Source: Fimbriiglobus sp. (lineage in GTDB: Bacteria; Planctomycetota; Planctomycetia; Gemmatales; Gemmataceae). Taken from it: 64,000 nucleotides of DNA. The stretch lies in assembly GCA_025351325.1 (NCBI GenBank), contig JANXWE010000066.1:807-64806 (forward strand), in the 5' to 3' direction. Both the position numbers and the translations under genes were made by a program. This document shows, piece by piece, positions 39,737 through 49,427 of this stretch (its first letter is position 1; each line of letters begins with the position of its first letter). A model generated the notes under the pieces. That model had not been told where the DNA came from. It made no database searches and was given only the letters and a program-made list of their open reading frames with translations.

Positions 39737-40183
39737 ATGCGGGTCGATGTGTACGGTCTGTTGTTCGAATCGCAAGGTGTCACGTGTCACTTGTGGTCGC
39801 CTTGGCGCTGCTCTCAATTGGAACATCGGCTCTTCGACGCGGTGAAGAATCTGCCCGACATCGAGCATGAGTCGACACCGGACGAACTGCAACTCCACAT
39901 CGGCGACGCCAAAACTTGCAAGCAGGTCATGCAAGTCCTCGCCCGCGTTCTCAAGGGCTGGCAAGAAGAAGCCACCGATAGTGGCACCGAACGCCGCAGC
40001 TGGCGCTGGTTGTTCGAAGCCGACACCGATTCCAACGGCTACGACATGGATTCCGAGAAATCGGTGATCTGGATGTACGCCCGATTATCGCTAGATCGCG
40101 GCGGGCCGGGTGAACCGGAAAAAGGCGAAGATCTCGACCTCAACGGATTCGGACTGTCCATTTGGAATGAAGAGATCAAGTAG
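39737..40183 (+). CDS. hypothetical acidic protein (148 aa)
   Basis: An ORF downstream of csrA on the same strand. No recognisable family. Weak SD. Confidence 0.45.
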   Translation: MRVDVYGLLFESQGVTCHLWSPWRCSQLEHRLFDAVKNLPDIEHESTPDELQLHIGDAKTCKQVMQVLARVLKGWQEEATDSGTERRSWRWLFEADTDSNGYDMDSEKSVIWMYARLSLDRGGPGEPEKGEDLDLNGFGLSIWNEEIK

Positions 40184-40192
40184 ACGGGTCGG

Positions 40193-40495
40193 CTACAGCT
40201 TGCTCAACGCGGTGTGCTCGTCGAGGCAAATGCTAGCCATCTCGCCGTTGTCTTTGGTGAAATGCACCGTCGGCACGACGATGTCATCTTCCTTGACCCG
40301 CTCGGTCGTCACGCCAGTGCTCAGGTAGTTGATGCCGCGAAACGCACCGACGGCTTCGGCTGTCCAGGCTTTGCCGCCCACTTTCACCTTCTGCACCACT
40401 TTGATGCGATCACCGACCTTGAGCGACTTGAGCAAGTCTACGAGGGCCGGCTCCAGCTTCCGGGTCGGCAAGAGAATCTTTTCGGGCGAACTCAT
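40193..40495 (-). CDS. hypothetical protein (100 aa), translationally coupled to ilvN
   Basis: MSSPEKILLPTRK...TALSKL. Its ATG overlaps the ilvN stop (ATGA). The longer 271-aa ORF in this frame is R/P-rich junk overlapping ilvN. Confidence 0.55.
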   Translation of the reverse strand: MSSPEKILLPTRKLEPALVDLLKSLKVGDRIKVVQKVKVGGKAWTAEAVGAFRGINYLSTGVTTERVKEDDIVVPTVHFTKDNGEMASICLDEHTALSKL

Positions 40496-40989
40496 CGGTC
40501 GCCCTCTTTCTTCGGAATGCCGCGAACCATGGCGATCCGACCCGTCCGGGCGAGTTCGAGTATGCCATACGGCCGCATCAGCTCGATGAACGCTTCGATC
40601 TTGGCTTCGCTGCCGCTGATTTCGATCATCACGTTGTTGCTCTGGATGTCCACCACCCGCCCGCGGAACGACTCGCAGAGTTGGAACAACTCCGACCGTT
40701 TTTCGGCGCTGCAAGTGGTCTTCATCAGCATCAGGTCGCGTTCGACGAAATTCTCCGAACTGATGTCGTCGACGCGGACGATCGTGATGATCTTGTCCAG
40801 TTGCTTGCGGACCTGATCGAGCACGTTGTCGTCGCCGTGGACGACGAACGTCATCCGCGAAATGTCGTGGTGTTCGGTCTCCCCGACGGCGAGGCTGTCG
40901 ATGTTGAAGCCGCGCGAGGCGAGCATCCCCGAAACGTGGGCGAGTACGCCGGGCTGATTTTGAACCAGGGCGGAGAGAACGTGACGCAT
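40492..40989 (-). CDS. ilvN: acetolactate synthase small (regulatory) subunit
   Basis: MRHVLSALVQNQPGVLAHVSGMLASRGFNIDSLAVGETE...SRMTFVV (ACT domain) aligns by eye with IlvH/IlvN N-termini. Confidence 0.85.
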   Translation of the reverse strand: MRHVLSALVQNQPGVLAHVSGMLASRGFNIDSLAVGETEHHDISRMTFVVHGDDNVLDQVRKQLDKIITIVRVDDISSENFVERDLMLMKTTCSAEKRSELFQLCESFRGRVVDIQSNNVMIEISGSEAKIEAFIELMRPYGILELARTGRIAMVRGIPKKEGDR

Positions 40990-41061
40990 GGAACCCTGTA
41001 GCCCCCAAGATGATACGAGTGCGGTCATCTTAGGGGCCGGGTCGGATACCGGCGAATCGAC

Positions 41062-42300
41062 TTACTTCCGCTGTTGCAGAATCACGGACACGCCCTTCTT
41101 GTTCGACACGATCACATCGAGCAGGCCGTCGCCGTTCATGTCTTGCACCACGAACTGGGTGCCGATGCCGCTATCGTCGTCGATGACGTTCGGCGTGAAG
41201 CTGGCGATGCCATCTTTGCCCTTCGTCACTCGGAACCAATAAATGATGGCGGGCTTATCCGAACCGGGTTCCCCCCTCCCGTGGCTCCACCACCTCTTGC
41301 CCGTGATGAGGTCTTTCTGGCCGTCGCCATCAATGTCTTGGAAATGAGCGGCATGCGTCTCGGAGAGCAGATCCTTGAACAACTCTTTCTTCTCGAAGCC
41401 CGATTCGCCACCGTCTTTGCCGGGCCGCTGTTTGTACCACCAGATCCCATATTTGTGAGCCGAAGTTCCCAACACATCGGCCACGCCGTCGCCGTCGACA
41501 TCGAATGCAAACATATCAGCGAAGTTGTCGTTGAAGGTCGTGGCGTGAAACTTCCACGGGGTCTTGCCGTCGGCCTTTTCAGGCTGTTCCCACCAGCCAC
41601 CGGAGGTCATCACATCCAGCTTCTTATCACCGTTGACGTCGCCGATGCCCAGCCCGTGACTAAAACGATTGCTGCCGGCTGAAGCCTTTTTGGTCGCGGG
41701 GTCGCTGAGCGGGTGAGCGATCCACGTGGCGTTCGGATCTTTCGGATCGGGGGTGAAGTATGCCATTTGCCCGTCGTTGCCGTCCGTCTTAGCCCCCTTC
41801 GGCTGATAGCCCATCACGAGGACTTTCTTGCCGTCGCCCATTAGGTCTTGGTACAGCGGCGTCTCGTTGCAGGCGCTGTACCAGATCTCGTGCTTGGCCC
41901 AGTGCATCGGCTTCCCGTCTTCGGCCGTGCCTTTGCCTTTGGGATTTTCGAGCCAGTACGCGGGTTCGCCGGGGAACCCGACCACGATGAGGTCCGGGAA
42001 GCCATCGGCGTTGAGATCTTCGGCCCAGCAGGCGAAGACTTTACTGTACCCTCCCAAACCATCACCGTACTCTCCGGGCTTCTGCATTTCGTGGCGTTTC
42101 CAGTCCGGGGCTTCGTACCAGAACTCGCCGACGAGCACGTCCATCTTGCCGTCTTTGTTCACGTCCGCGATGGCGCACCCTTCGGAGCGGAATTTCTTGT
42201 CGAGGACGGTCTTCTTCCAAGTGATCGTGGCGGGATCTTTGGCCAAAGCGGCAGAGCCACCGAAAATAGCGAACAGGAAAGTGAGCGTTCCGAGGCGCAT
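41062..42300 (-). CDS. FG-GAP/VCBS repeat secreted protein
   Basis: Signal peptide, then repeated Ca-binding-like loops: DVNKDGKMD, DLNADGFPD, DVNGDKKLD, DVDGDGVAD, DIDGDGQKD, DMNGDGLLD. Confidence 0.85.
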   Translation of the reverse strand: MRLGTLTFLFAIFGGSAALAKDPATITWKKTVLDKKFRSEGCAIADVNKDGKMDVLVGEFWYEAPDWKRHEMQKPGEYGDGLGGYSKVFACWAEDLNADGFPDLIVVGFPGEPAYWLENPKGKGTAEDGKPMHWAKHEIWYSACNETPLYQDLMGDGKKVLVMGYQPKGAKTDGNDGQMAYFTPDPKDPNATWIAHPLSDPATKKASAGSNRFSHGLGIGDVNGDKKLDVMTSGGWWEQPEKADGKTPWKFHATTFNDNFADMFAFDVDGDGVADVLGTSAHKYGIWWYKQRPGKDGGESGFEKKELFKDLLSETHAAHFQDIDGDGQKDLITGKRWWSHGRGEPGSDKPAIIYWFRVTKGKDGIASFTPNVIDDDSGIGTQFVVQDMNGDGLLDVIVSNKKGVSVILQQRK

Positions 42301-42468
42301 GACAGAGACTCCCGATGGGGTGAGGTAGGAATCGCAGTATGAAGCGGAACAGAAGCCGGAGCAAGCGCGAATGTTGGATGGGGAGCCAGAATTTGCCAGC
42401 TGACCCTGCCGGCTCGCCCGGGTTGTGTTAATATTTTTGATGTCGTTAAAAATCGTTCGGGGTTCGCC

Positions 42469-44310
42469 ATGCGGTCACTGACGCTGTCCTTCTTCGCTGT
42501 CTTCGTCGCGTCCCCGAGTTTCGCGCTAGCGCCAACCCCGACGATTCCCCCAACCAAAGACAAAAGTACCGAGAAATCGAAGGCGGAAAAGCCCGTCAAG
42601 CTTCCACCGTCCCCCTTGGATAAAGTCGAGGGCTACAAGAGGCATCTCATTGAAGGATTCACGGTGATGATGAGCACCGAAGCGGGCGAGGGCGAGATCA
42701 AAGATGCCGAACTGAAGCCGATGGACGTTCTGGCACTCGAATTTCAAATCATGAAAAAAGTGATGCCGGTCAAGCAGATCGAACTCTTGCAAAAAATCAC
42801 GATTTGGGCCGAGTGGGACGATTTTCAATCGGTGGGCAATGGCCGGGAAGGTCGAGCGCTGGCCACGTATTACGGCGGGAGCCAGCTCAGTTTGTTGAAC
42901 GAGAAGAAGAATCCGTTCAAGTCCAAATGCGTCACGATCCATTCGTTGAAAATATTGACGGAACAGCATCAGCCGAAAGTCGACAATCAATCGTTGGTGG
43001 TACTCCACGAATTCGCCCACGCGGTCCACGATCAACTCTTGGGGTTCGATCACGACGGAATCAAAGCGGCCTACCGCCAGGCCATGGAACGCAAGCTGTA
43101 CGACAAAGCGCAATACGTCAGCACCAACGAGGCGGAGTTTTTCGCGGAACTCACGTGCGCCTACTACGACCAACTGCAGCACTACCCGAAGACGCGCGAG
43201 GAGTTGAAAAAGCACGATCCCGTGACCCACAAATTGCTGGAATCCGTCTGGGGTACCGCCAAGAAAGCGGTGAAAGCCACGGCTGCGACCGCGAAGCCAA
43301 AACCCCTTTTGGAACTCGACGGCTCCGCCAAATTCGACCTGAAAATACCGCTGGCCGACATCGCGTTTGGGCCGACGATCCACGGCCCAGAATTCAAGGC
43401 GGGGGATGCGAAAGATACGGTTTTGATCCTCTCGAATTTCGGTGGCGATGAACTCTTGGTACTCGAAAAACTGGCGAAAATGCACGAGGAACTCTCGCCG
43501 TATGGTGCGAAAGTCGTGGTGGCCTACTCATTCGTAGCCGAACCGGACGCCGTCAAGAAAAAGCTCGAGGATCGCGGCGTCCTCTTCACCGGACTGGGGA
43601 AAGCACTCTTCGCCCAAAAAGATGGTCAATCCCGTTCGGAAAAGCCCGGCCACACGCTGATATTCGGTTCCGATGGCAAGTGTGTCTTCCGGGGCAGCGG
43701 CTACGACGCCTTGCCCCATGCGCGTGCGGCCGTGATCAAAATGCTGGTGGCCAAATTTGTCAAATCGGAAATTCCCAAAGCGCTGGCCCCTGTTTACGAG
43801 GCCATGGCTCAAGGCACAGTTCCCATTTTAGATTCGGTGCCGAAACTGAACCCGCACCTGACATCAGCTGACTTTGAGGTGGCGGCTGTGGCCAAAGCAT
43901 TGGTCGCGGCCATCTTGGCACCGGCCCAGATCCTATTGTCCGAAGCGCAAAGCAAGGTGAAATCGGATCCACTGGCAGCATTCTTCATCGCCGAGAAGAT
44001 CCCGCAAACTTATAAGGGCACGTCGTTCGCCGCCAAGGGAGCTACGCTGGCTGAGCAATTGAAGCAGCACCCCGATGTGGCGAAAGAGTTGAAAGCTCGC
44101 AAACTGTTCGAGCCGATCCGTAAAGGCGACGTTTACCTGATGGCCCAAGCGGGGAGTTTCAGCCCGCTCGACGAGAAATTCCAAAAAGAGAACGCGAACG
44201 GAATCCAACAACTCGTCGACATCTACGGCGAACTGAAAAAGAAGCATCCCCTCGCGCGGGCGACGGAAGAAGCTTCAAAAATCGTTGCGAAATACCGCAT
44301 CGGAGATTGA
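42469..44310 (+). CDS. secreted putative zinc metallopeptidase (HExxH, gluzincin-like) with C-terminal unassigned domains
   Basis: Signal peptide MRSLTLSFFAVFVASPSFALA. VVLHEFAHAVHD is followed by NEAEFFAELT, a downstream Glu motif as in MtfA/ATLF-like zincins. Confidence 0.5.
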   Translation: MRSLTLSFFAVFVASPSFALAPTPTIPPTKDKSTEKSKAEKPVKLPPSPLDKVEGYKRHLIEGFTVMMSTEAGEGEIKDAELKPMDVLALEFQIMKKVMPVKQIELLQKITIWAEWDDFQSVGNGREGRALATYYGGSQLSLLNEKKNPFKSKCVTIHSLKILTEQHQPKVDNQSLVVLHEFAHAVHDQLLGFDHDGIKAAYRQAMERKLYDKAQYVSTNEAEFFAELTCAYYDQLQHYPKTREELKKHDPVTHKLLESVWGTAKKAVKATAATAKPKPLLELDGSAKFDLKIPLADIAFGPTIHGPEFKAGDAKDTVLILSNFGGDELLVLEKLAKMHEELSPYGAKVVVAYSFVAEPDAVKKKLEDRGVLFTGLGKALFAQKDGQSRSEKPGHTLIFGSDGKCVFRGSGYDALPHARAAVIKMLVAKFVKSEIPKALAPVYEAMAQGTVPILDSVPKLNPHLTSADFEVAAVAKALVAAILAPAQILLSEAQSKVKSDPLAAFFIAEKIPQTYKGTSFAAKGATLAEQLKQHPDVAKELKARKLFEPIRKGDVYLMAQAGSFSPLDEKFQKENANGIQQLVDIYGELKKKHPLARATEEASKIVAKYRIGD

Positions 44311-44315
44311 GCGAA

Positions 44316-45620
44316 CTAATCGTGCGACTCCGGCAACAAATGCCCGAGCTTCTTCTTTTTGGTGTCGAGGTAGTCGCGGTTGTGTTCCCCCGGCGCCATC
44401 ACGATCGGTACCCGTTCGACGATTTTCAGGCCGTAACCGTCCAGGCCGATCACTTTGCGTGGGTTGTTTGTCAGCAACCGTATGTGCCGTACACCTAAGT
44501 CGTGGAGGATTTGGGCGCCGATTCCGAAGTGGCGAAGATCGGGTGCGAACCCGAGCCGCTGGTTGGCCTCGACGGTGTCCAACCCTTCTTCTTGCTGCAA
44601 TTTGTAGGCTTTGAGTTTATTCAGCAGCCCGATTCCACGCCCTTCTTGGCGCATGTACACAATGACACCCCGCCCGGCCGCCGCCACTTGCTGCATGGCA
44701 TATTGCAACTGCGGCCCGCAATCGCATTTCATACTGTGCAGGGCGTCGCCGGTGAGGCATTCGCTGTGCATCCGCACGAGGATCGGCTCTTCGCAACAGT
44801 TCACAACATGTCCCGAGTCATGGGGGATGCCAACCCCGCCGAGCGTGAGGGCGAGGTGCGGCTCACGATCCACAAGCGATGTGTACGCGATGAGGTCGAA
44901 CTCACCGTACTCCGTCGGGAGTTTCAGCGCGACTTCCCGTTGGATGAGTTTTTCCGAACGCCGACGATACTCGATGAGATCCGCAATCGAGCAAAGCTTC
45001 AAACCATGTGTACGACCATACGTTTGAAGATCGGGCAACCGCGCCATGGTGCCGTCTTCGTTGAGGATCTCGCAGATCACGCCGACTTCGCGGAGGCCCG
45101 CCAGGCGACACAGATCGACGCTTCCCTCCGTGTGCCCGGCACGGACGAGTACGCCGCCCGAGCGGGCGATCAGCCCATCGACGTGCCCTTTGTCTTTCAC
45201 CAGTTGATCCGCTCCGGCCGTGGGATCGGCGCAAACTTGGATGCTGCGTGCTCGATCGAATGCGGAAATGCCGGTGGTGATCCCGTAACGGGCGTCGAAA
45301 TTGTGGGTGAACGGCGTTGCGGAGGGGTCGAGGTTGACTCCGGGCAACAGCTCCAAACCGAGTCGCACGGCGTGGGCCGGTGCGAAGGCGACGCAGAGCC
45401 GTCCGCAGGCTTGCCGAACCATGAAGTTGACGGCGGCGGGGGTGATGGCTTCCGCTGCCATCACGAGGTCGCCCTCGTTTTCCCGGTGCTCGTCGTCGAC
45501 CAAAACCACCATCCGCCCGGCTTTGATCTCGGCCAGGGCTTCGTCGATGGTGCAGAATGGAGATTGCGGTTCGACGGCGGGCATAGCGCGGCTCGAGGTA
45601 AGAATGTCTGGACTGTACAC
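44316..45620 (-). CDS. ribBA: bifunctional 3,4-dihydroxy-2-butanone-4-phosphate synthase / GTP cyclohydrolase II
   Basis: DDEHRENEGDLVMAAE and HTEGSVDL belong to RibB. RMHSECLTGDA...CDCG and YMRQEGRGIGL belong to RibA. Confidence 0.95.
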   Translation of the reverse strand: MYSPDILTSSRAMPAVEPQSPFCTIDEALAEIKAGRMVVLVDDEHRENEGDLVMAAEAITPAAVNFMVRQACGRLCVAFAPAHAVRLGLELLPGVNLDPSATPFTHNFDARYGITTGISAFDRARSIQVCADPTAGADQLVKDKGHVDGLIARSGGVLVRAGHTEGSVDLCRLAGLREVGVICEILNEDGTMARLPDLQTYGRTHGLKLCSIADLIEYRRRSEKLIQREVALKLPTEYGEFDLIAYTSLVDREPHLALTLGGVGIPHDSGHVVNCCEEPILVRMHSECLTGDALHSMKCDCGPQLQYAMQQVAAAGRGVIVYMRQEGRGIGLLNKLKAYKLQQEEGLDTVEANQRLGFAPDLRHFGIGAQILHDLGVRHIRLLTNNPRKVIGLDGYGLKIVERVPIVMAPGEHNRDYLDTKKKKLGHLLPESHD

Positions 45621-45654
45621 CGAGACATTCTAGGCGGCCCACGGCGTTGACACC

Positions 45655-47187
45655 TTATTCCATTCCTCCGGGCGGCCCACCACCAGGGGGGCCGGCGCCG
45701 GGTGGAGGAGCCGTGCGGACAATTTTCAAATTGGATTCGATGCGAGTCACCTTCCAAGGACACGATCTCGACAGGTCGTCCGGGAAGTTCATCGACTGAC
45801 CCGCTTTCAACCCAACTTCGCGGGCCGCATTGAGTTTGGCGAGAATCACGGGATCGTCGAGAGTCAACACCATCCGCCCGAGTGCCGCGGAATTCTTCGG
45901 GTCGGACTTCAACAGTTTCAGTTCGATCGCAACCGAGATTTCGACCCGATCCGGGAAGAATCGAATCATGCTATTCTTATCGGGTGAATTGCTCAATGTC
46001 CGTCCCGACATGGTGATCTTGTCGAAGGCGACGTTGTTCCAGCAGAAGAGGAAATCTTCGCGGGTGGCATCCGTCATCATTTTTCCATCCGGAAGGGGAA
46101 CCTGAACGAAGAAATCCTTTTGCAGCGCCTTGGTATACTCCGGACTCGTCGGCCAGAAGATACCCAGTGCCCCTGTGATTTTTGAACGCTCGTAGGCGGT
46201 GAACACGATCCGTTCGCTCGTCTCTTTTGAAATCTTGCCTTTGGTGAAGACTTCATAAGCCAACGGCTGTGCCAGAAGGGCATCGGGAACGAACATAGGA
46301 ATGGGAATGCCGTCGAGTAAGGTTCGTGCGGACGCGACTTGCAAGAATTGATCCACCGTGCTTTGTGCGGTCTTATCGAGCCATTCGACCATCCAACCGT
46401 ACGGAGTTCGCTTGGCCCCTTGGGCATCCTGGACGTACCCGTCGAACGTCGCCACTTGCCATTCGCGCTTCCCGGATTCTACAGTCGCAATCATCGGAAT
46501 GATCAGATTGAATTCGCCCTCCGGACACGACAGTGTCGCGGCGAGAGCGCACTCGATCTTCCCTGGCACCTGCTGCCACTGTTTGAGGCCTTGCGGCTTC
46601 AGTTCGCACTGCCCGGGGTTGCGAAGAATCATCATCAACAGTTTGTTTTGACGGAACGTCACGAAGTCCTGCGCGAAGCGCTCTTGCATCACCGTGGTAC
46701 TACTCGGCGAGAATGCGCCCCGCTGCTTCGGTGGCAATGTTTGGTAAAACGAAGTGGACAGTGCCAAGTCATTCGGGGTGGCGGGATCGACCTTGGTCAG
46801 GTTGTCGGCCCAGCTCACGAATTGTTTCTCGGTATCCGCGCGGATCGTGTATTCCGTCGCCCCGAGATACGCCGCGTAACAGAGTCCGCCGACAACACAA
46901 ATCCACCAGGCCCGCGTGGCCCATTCCAGTCCGGTGCGGGTATTTTCGGAATTGATGATGTGCCGGCGTGCCGCGAAAGCCAGCACGACCCCCAAGATCG
47001 GGAAGACGAACAGCCACGGCTCGATGAGCGGTTTGCTTTCCCGAAATGCGAAATAGCCCAGGGACAACAAGAGCGTGGCGAAGAGCATCGCCACGCTGAA
47101 GGACGTGGCCGCCATCCAAGACAGCGGCGAATAATCCGTTTGCGGATCGAGCGGGGTGGTATTCAATCGAGGCGTCGTATCGGCCAT
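45655..47187 (-). CDS. hypothetical membrane protein with P/G-rich C-terminal tail
   Basis: About four N-terminal TM helices and a soluble domain of about 350 aa. It ends APPPGAGPPGGGPPGGME. It lies downstream of rpoZ on the same strand. Confidence 0.6.
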   Translation of the reverse strand: MADTTPRLNTTPLDPQTDYSPLSWMAATSFSVAMLFATLLLSLGYFAFRESKPLIEPWLFVFPILGVVLAFAARRHIINSENTRTGLEWATRAWWICVVGGLCYAAYLGATEYTIRADTEKQFVSWADNLTKVDPATPNDLALSTSFYQTLPPKQRGAFSPSSTTVMQERFAQDFVTFRQNKLLMMILRNPGQCELKPQGLKQWQQVPGKIECALAATLSCPEGEFNLIIPMIATVESGKREWQVATFDGYVQDAQGAKRTPYGWMVEWLDKTAQSTVDQFLQVASARTLLDGIPIPMFVPDALLAQPLAYEVFTKGKISKETSERIVFTAYERSKITGALGIFWPTSPEYTKALQKDFFVQVPLPDGKMMTDATREDFLFCWNNVAFDKITMSGRTLSNSPDKNSMIRFFPDRVEISVAIELKLLKSDPKNSAALGRMVLTLDDPVILAKLNAAREVGLKAGQSMNFPDDLSRSCPWKVTRIESNLKIVRTAPPPGAGPPGGGPPGGME

Positions 47188-47287
47188 GAGCCACCGGGTA
47201 GCAGGGCGGAAGGAAAAAACCGACGTGGCATTTCACTACAACCCATACGCCCCGGTGCCCGTGCCGGTTCGACTCGCCGCACGATCA

Positions 47288-47533
47288 TCAAACCCCGGTG
47301 AGGCCCGAGGTGTAATCGCTGCTGATGGTGTGCATGTTGCCCGAAGTATCGAGGTAAATTTTGTCCTGCAGAATTTCTTCGAGCACCACGGCCATCCGGT
47401 CCGTCGTCCGCAGATCGACGAGCGGATGCGCGCCGTTGTTGAGCTGAACCATCCGCTTTTGAATCAGCGTGGAGAGCTTGAAACGCCCCCCGACCTTGTT
47501 GACGATTTCTTCTTCCTTCAGTTGCTCGAGCAC
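47288..47533 (-). CDS. rpoZ: DNA-directed RNA polymerase subunit omega
   Basis: A GTG at 47533 preceded by GAGGAG gives [31 protein letters not shown]...AVVLEEI, matching the omega pattern (GNRF..L......R). Conserved gmk-rpoZ order. Confidence 0.75.
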   Translation of the reverse strand: MLEQLKEEEIVNKVGGRFKLSTLIQKRMVQLNNGAHPLVDLRTTDRMAVVLEEILQDKIYLDTSGNMHTISSDYTSGLTGV

Positions 47534-48123
47534 GTTGCACTCCTCGGTTGGGGAAACTGACTTTCGATGATGCGTTCCAATTCTCGCGCCGCCGTGTCGA
47601 CCTCGGCGTTGACTAACCGGTGCTGAAACTCGCCGATGCAAGCCGACTCACGCACGGCACTCTCAAGCCGACGCCGAATGGTCTCTTCCGGCTCGCCCCG
47701 CTTCCGTAGGCGAGCCGCCAAATCATCGAAGACCGGCGGCATCAAAAATACTGTCACCAGTCCATTCGGGCAGGCCCGCCGGACTTGTTCGGCACCTTGG
47801 ACGTCGATGATCAAGATGACAGCGATACCCGCTTCGCGTGGCCCCTGCACCTCGGCCGTCGGGGTACCGTAATAGTCTCGACCGTGCACGATCGCATGTT
47901 CCAGCATCTGGCCGGCTACAATCTTCTTCTCGAACTCGTCCCGCGTCCAAAAGTAATAGTGAACACCGTGAACTTCGTCGTGCCGGGGTTCCCGGCTGGT
48001 CGCTGTAATCGCCCGGCGAATCGGCAGTTTGGTCGTGGAAAGCAGTCGATCCACAATCGTAGTTTTGCCGGCTCCACTGGGGCCGGCCAAGACGATCAGC
48101 GGTGCCAGCCGCTCACTCGACAT
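47518..48123 (-). CDS. gmk: guanylate kinase
   Basis: P-loop [18 protein letters not shown]...[19 protein letters not shown]. Confidence 0.9.
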   Translation of the reverse strand: MSSERLAPLIVLAGPSGAGKTTIVDRLLSTTKLPIRRAITATSREPRHDEVHGVHYYFWTRDEFEKKIVAGQMLEHAIVHGRDYYGTPTAEVQGPREAGIAVILIIDVQGAEQVRRACPNGLVTVFLMPPVFDDLAARLRKRGEPEETIRRRLESAVRESACIGEFQHRLVNAEVDTAARELERIIESQFPQPRSATCSSN

Positions 48124-49009
48124 TTTGAATCAACTCCCGCACTTTTTCGAGGGCGGCTTTCATTTCGACCACCAACCGCGAGATGGCGACATCGCCCGCT
48201 TTTGAACCCAGGGTGTTGATCTCGCGGCCCATTTCCTGAACGACGAATTCTAGCCGGCGACCCGCTCCGTCGACTGCACCTTTTATCACCAACTCGGCGA
48301 ACTGCTCGGCGTGTGCCGAAAGCCGCATGACTTCCTCGGAGACGTCGGTTCGATCCGCGAAAATCGCCACTTCCCGAATCAGTTGATCCGGCTCGATGGT
48401 GATCCCCGCCTCGGCCACCGCTTGGCGAACCCGCTCCATGATTCGCTTCCGATAATTCACGGTGACACCCGGAATCAGCTCTTTCACGCGCCCGAGGTCC
48501 GCGATCATCGCTCCATTCTGAGCCATCAATTCGTCGGCCATGGCTTGGCCTTCTTGCTGGCGTGCCTTCTGCAACCGAACCAGTGCAGCGTTCAGCACCC
48601 GTTCCACTTGCGGCCAATCGTCGTCCGGTAGGCCCCTACTGGCACCTTGTTCGGTGGCGATTCCCGGCAGACTCAACAATCCGCTGGCCAGATGAGGCAA
48701 CAGTTCGGGCGTTCCATTCTCCGAGCAGACCTGCCCGATCTGTTTGAGGTATACAGCGAGTGTGGTTGTGTTGAGTTTGGCCTCGGTGGACGGCGTCGAC
48801 CGAGTCGCCCGGACTTGAACATGCACGCTGCCACGGCGAACAGTCTTTCGGATGACTCTTTCAAACTCGGCTTCAAGTTGGGGGAACGGATCGCTCCCGC
48901 GCACGACGATTTTCAAGTGCCGATTGTTGACCGAGCGCAGCTCGATGGACAGGGACAAATCGGGGGTCGATTCCTGAGCTTCACCGGAGCCCGTCATACT
49001 CAATAGCAC
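48113..49009 (-). CDS. yicC: YicC family stress-induced protein
   Basis: SMTGSGEA start, SVNNRHL, and C-terminal REINTLGSKA...EMKAALEKVRE motifs typical of YicC. Confidence 0.85.
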   Translation of the reverse strand: MLLSMTGSGEAQESTPDLSLSIELRSVNNRHLKIVVRGSDPFPQLEAEFERVIRKTVRRGSVHVQVRATRSTPSTEAKLNTTTLAVYLKQIGQVCSENGTPELLPHLASGLLSLPGIATEQGASRGLPDDDWPQVERVLNAALVRLQKARQQEGQAMADELMAQNGAMIADLGRVKELIPGVTVNYRKRIMERVRQAVAEAGITIEPDQLIREVAIFADRTDVSEEVMRLSAHAEQFAELVIKGAVDGAGRRLEFVVQEMGREINTLGSKAGDVAISRLVVEMKAALEKVRELIQNVE

Positions 49010-49019
49010 AGTGCGAATC

Positions 49020-49346
49020 TCAGGGGCTGATATCGATTGGCGGAGGATTATCGTTTTGGACAGCTTTTTGACTTGCTGTTAACGAGTCTAAGTTGCTCCC
49101 TTGCATGGTCCTCACGTTGATCATGATGATCAGCACCCACACTGCCGCGAGATACAATGTAATCTTGGTGAAGGCGTCTCCCGCTCGGCTGCCGAACGGG
49201 CTTGAGCCGCCAGCCCCTCCGAACGCCCCGGCCAAGCCACCGCCTTTTCCTTTTTGAATCAGAATCAGCAGCCACATGACGAGACTGATGAAAATCAACA
49301 CGCCGTTGAGGGTGTAATCGTACCAAGCGAGCGAAAAGAGCGGCAC
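49020..49346 (-). CDS. secG: preprotein translocase subunit SecG
   Basis: LLILIQKGKGGGLAGAFGGAGGSSPFGSRAGD is the SecG signature. Two TM helices. Confidence 0.85.
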   Translation of the reverse strand: MPLFSLAWYDYTLNGVLIFISLVMWLLILIQKGKGGGLAGAFGGAGGSSPFGSRAGDAFTKITLYLAAVWVLIIMINVRTMQGSNLDSLTASQKAVQNDNPPPIDISP

Positions 49347-49427
49347 AGCGGAGCCTCCGGCACCCGAGCAGGGCGGTGTTAAGCTGCTAATGTATTGCGA
49401 ATCCCGTGGGTGAACAGGGAAGTTCCG

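Noticed and set aside
39737-40183. FliW (CsrA antagonist) assignment for the gene after csrA.
   Set aside because: The size is right, but I see no resemblance to FliW sequence patterns. It is left as hypothetical and raised only as a question.
40193-41008. 271-aa ORF spanning ilvN in another frame.
   Set aside because: Only the last 100 codons (from the ATG at 40495) look protein-like. The rest is R/P/D-rich and overlaps the clearly real ilvN gene.
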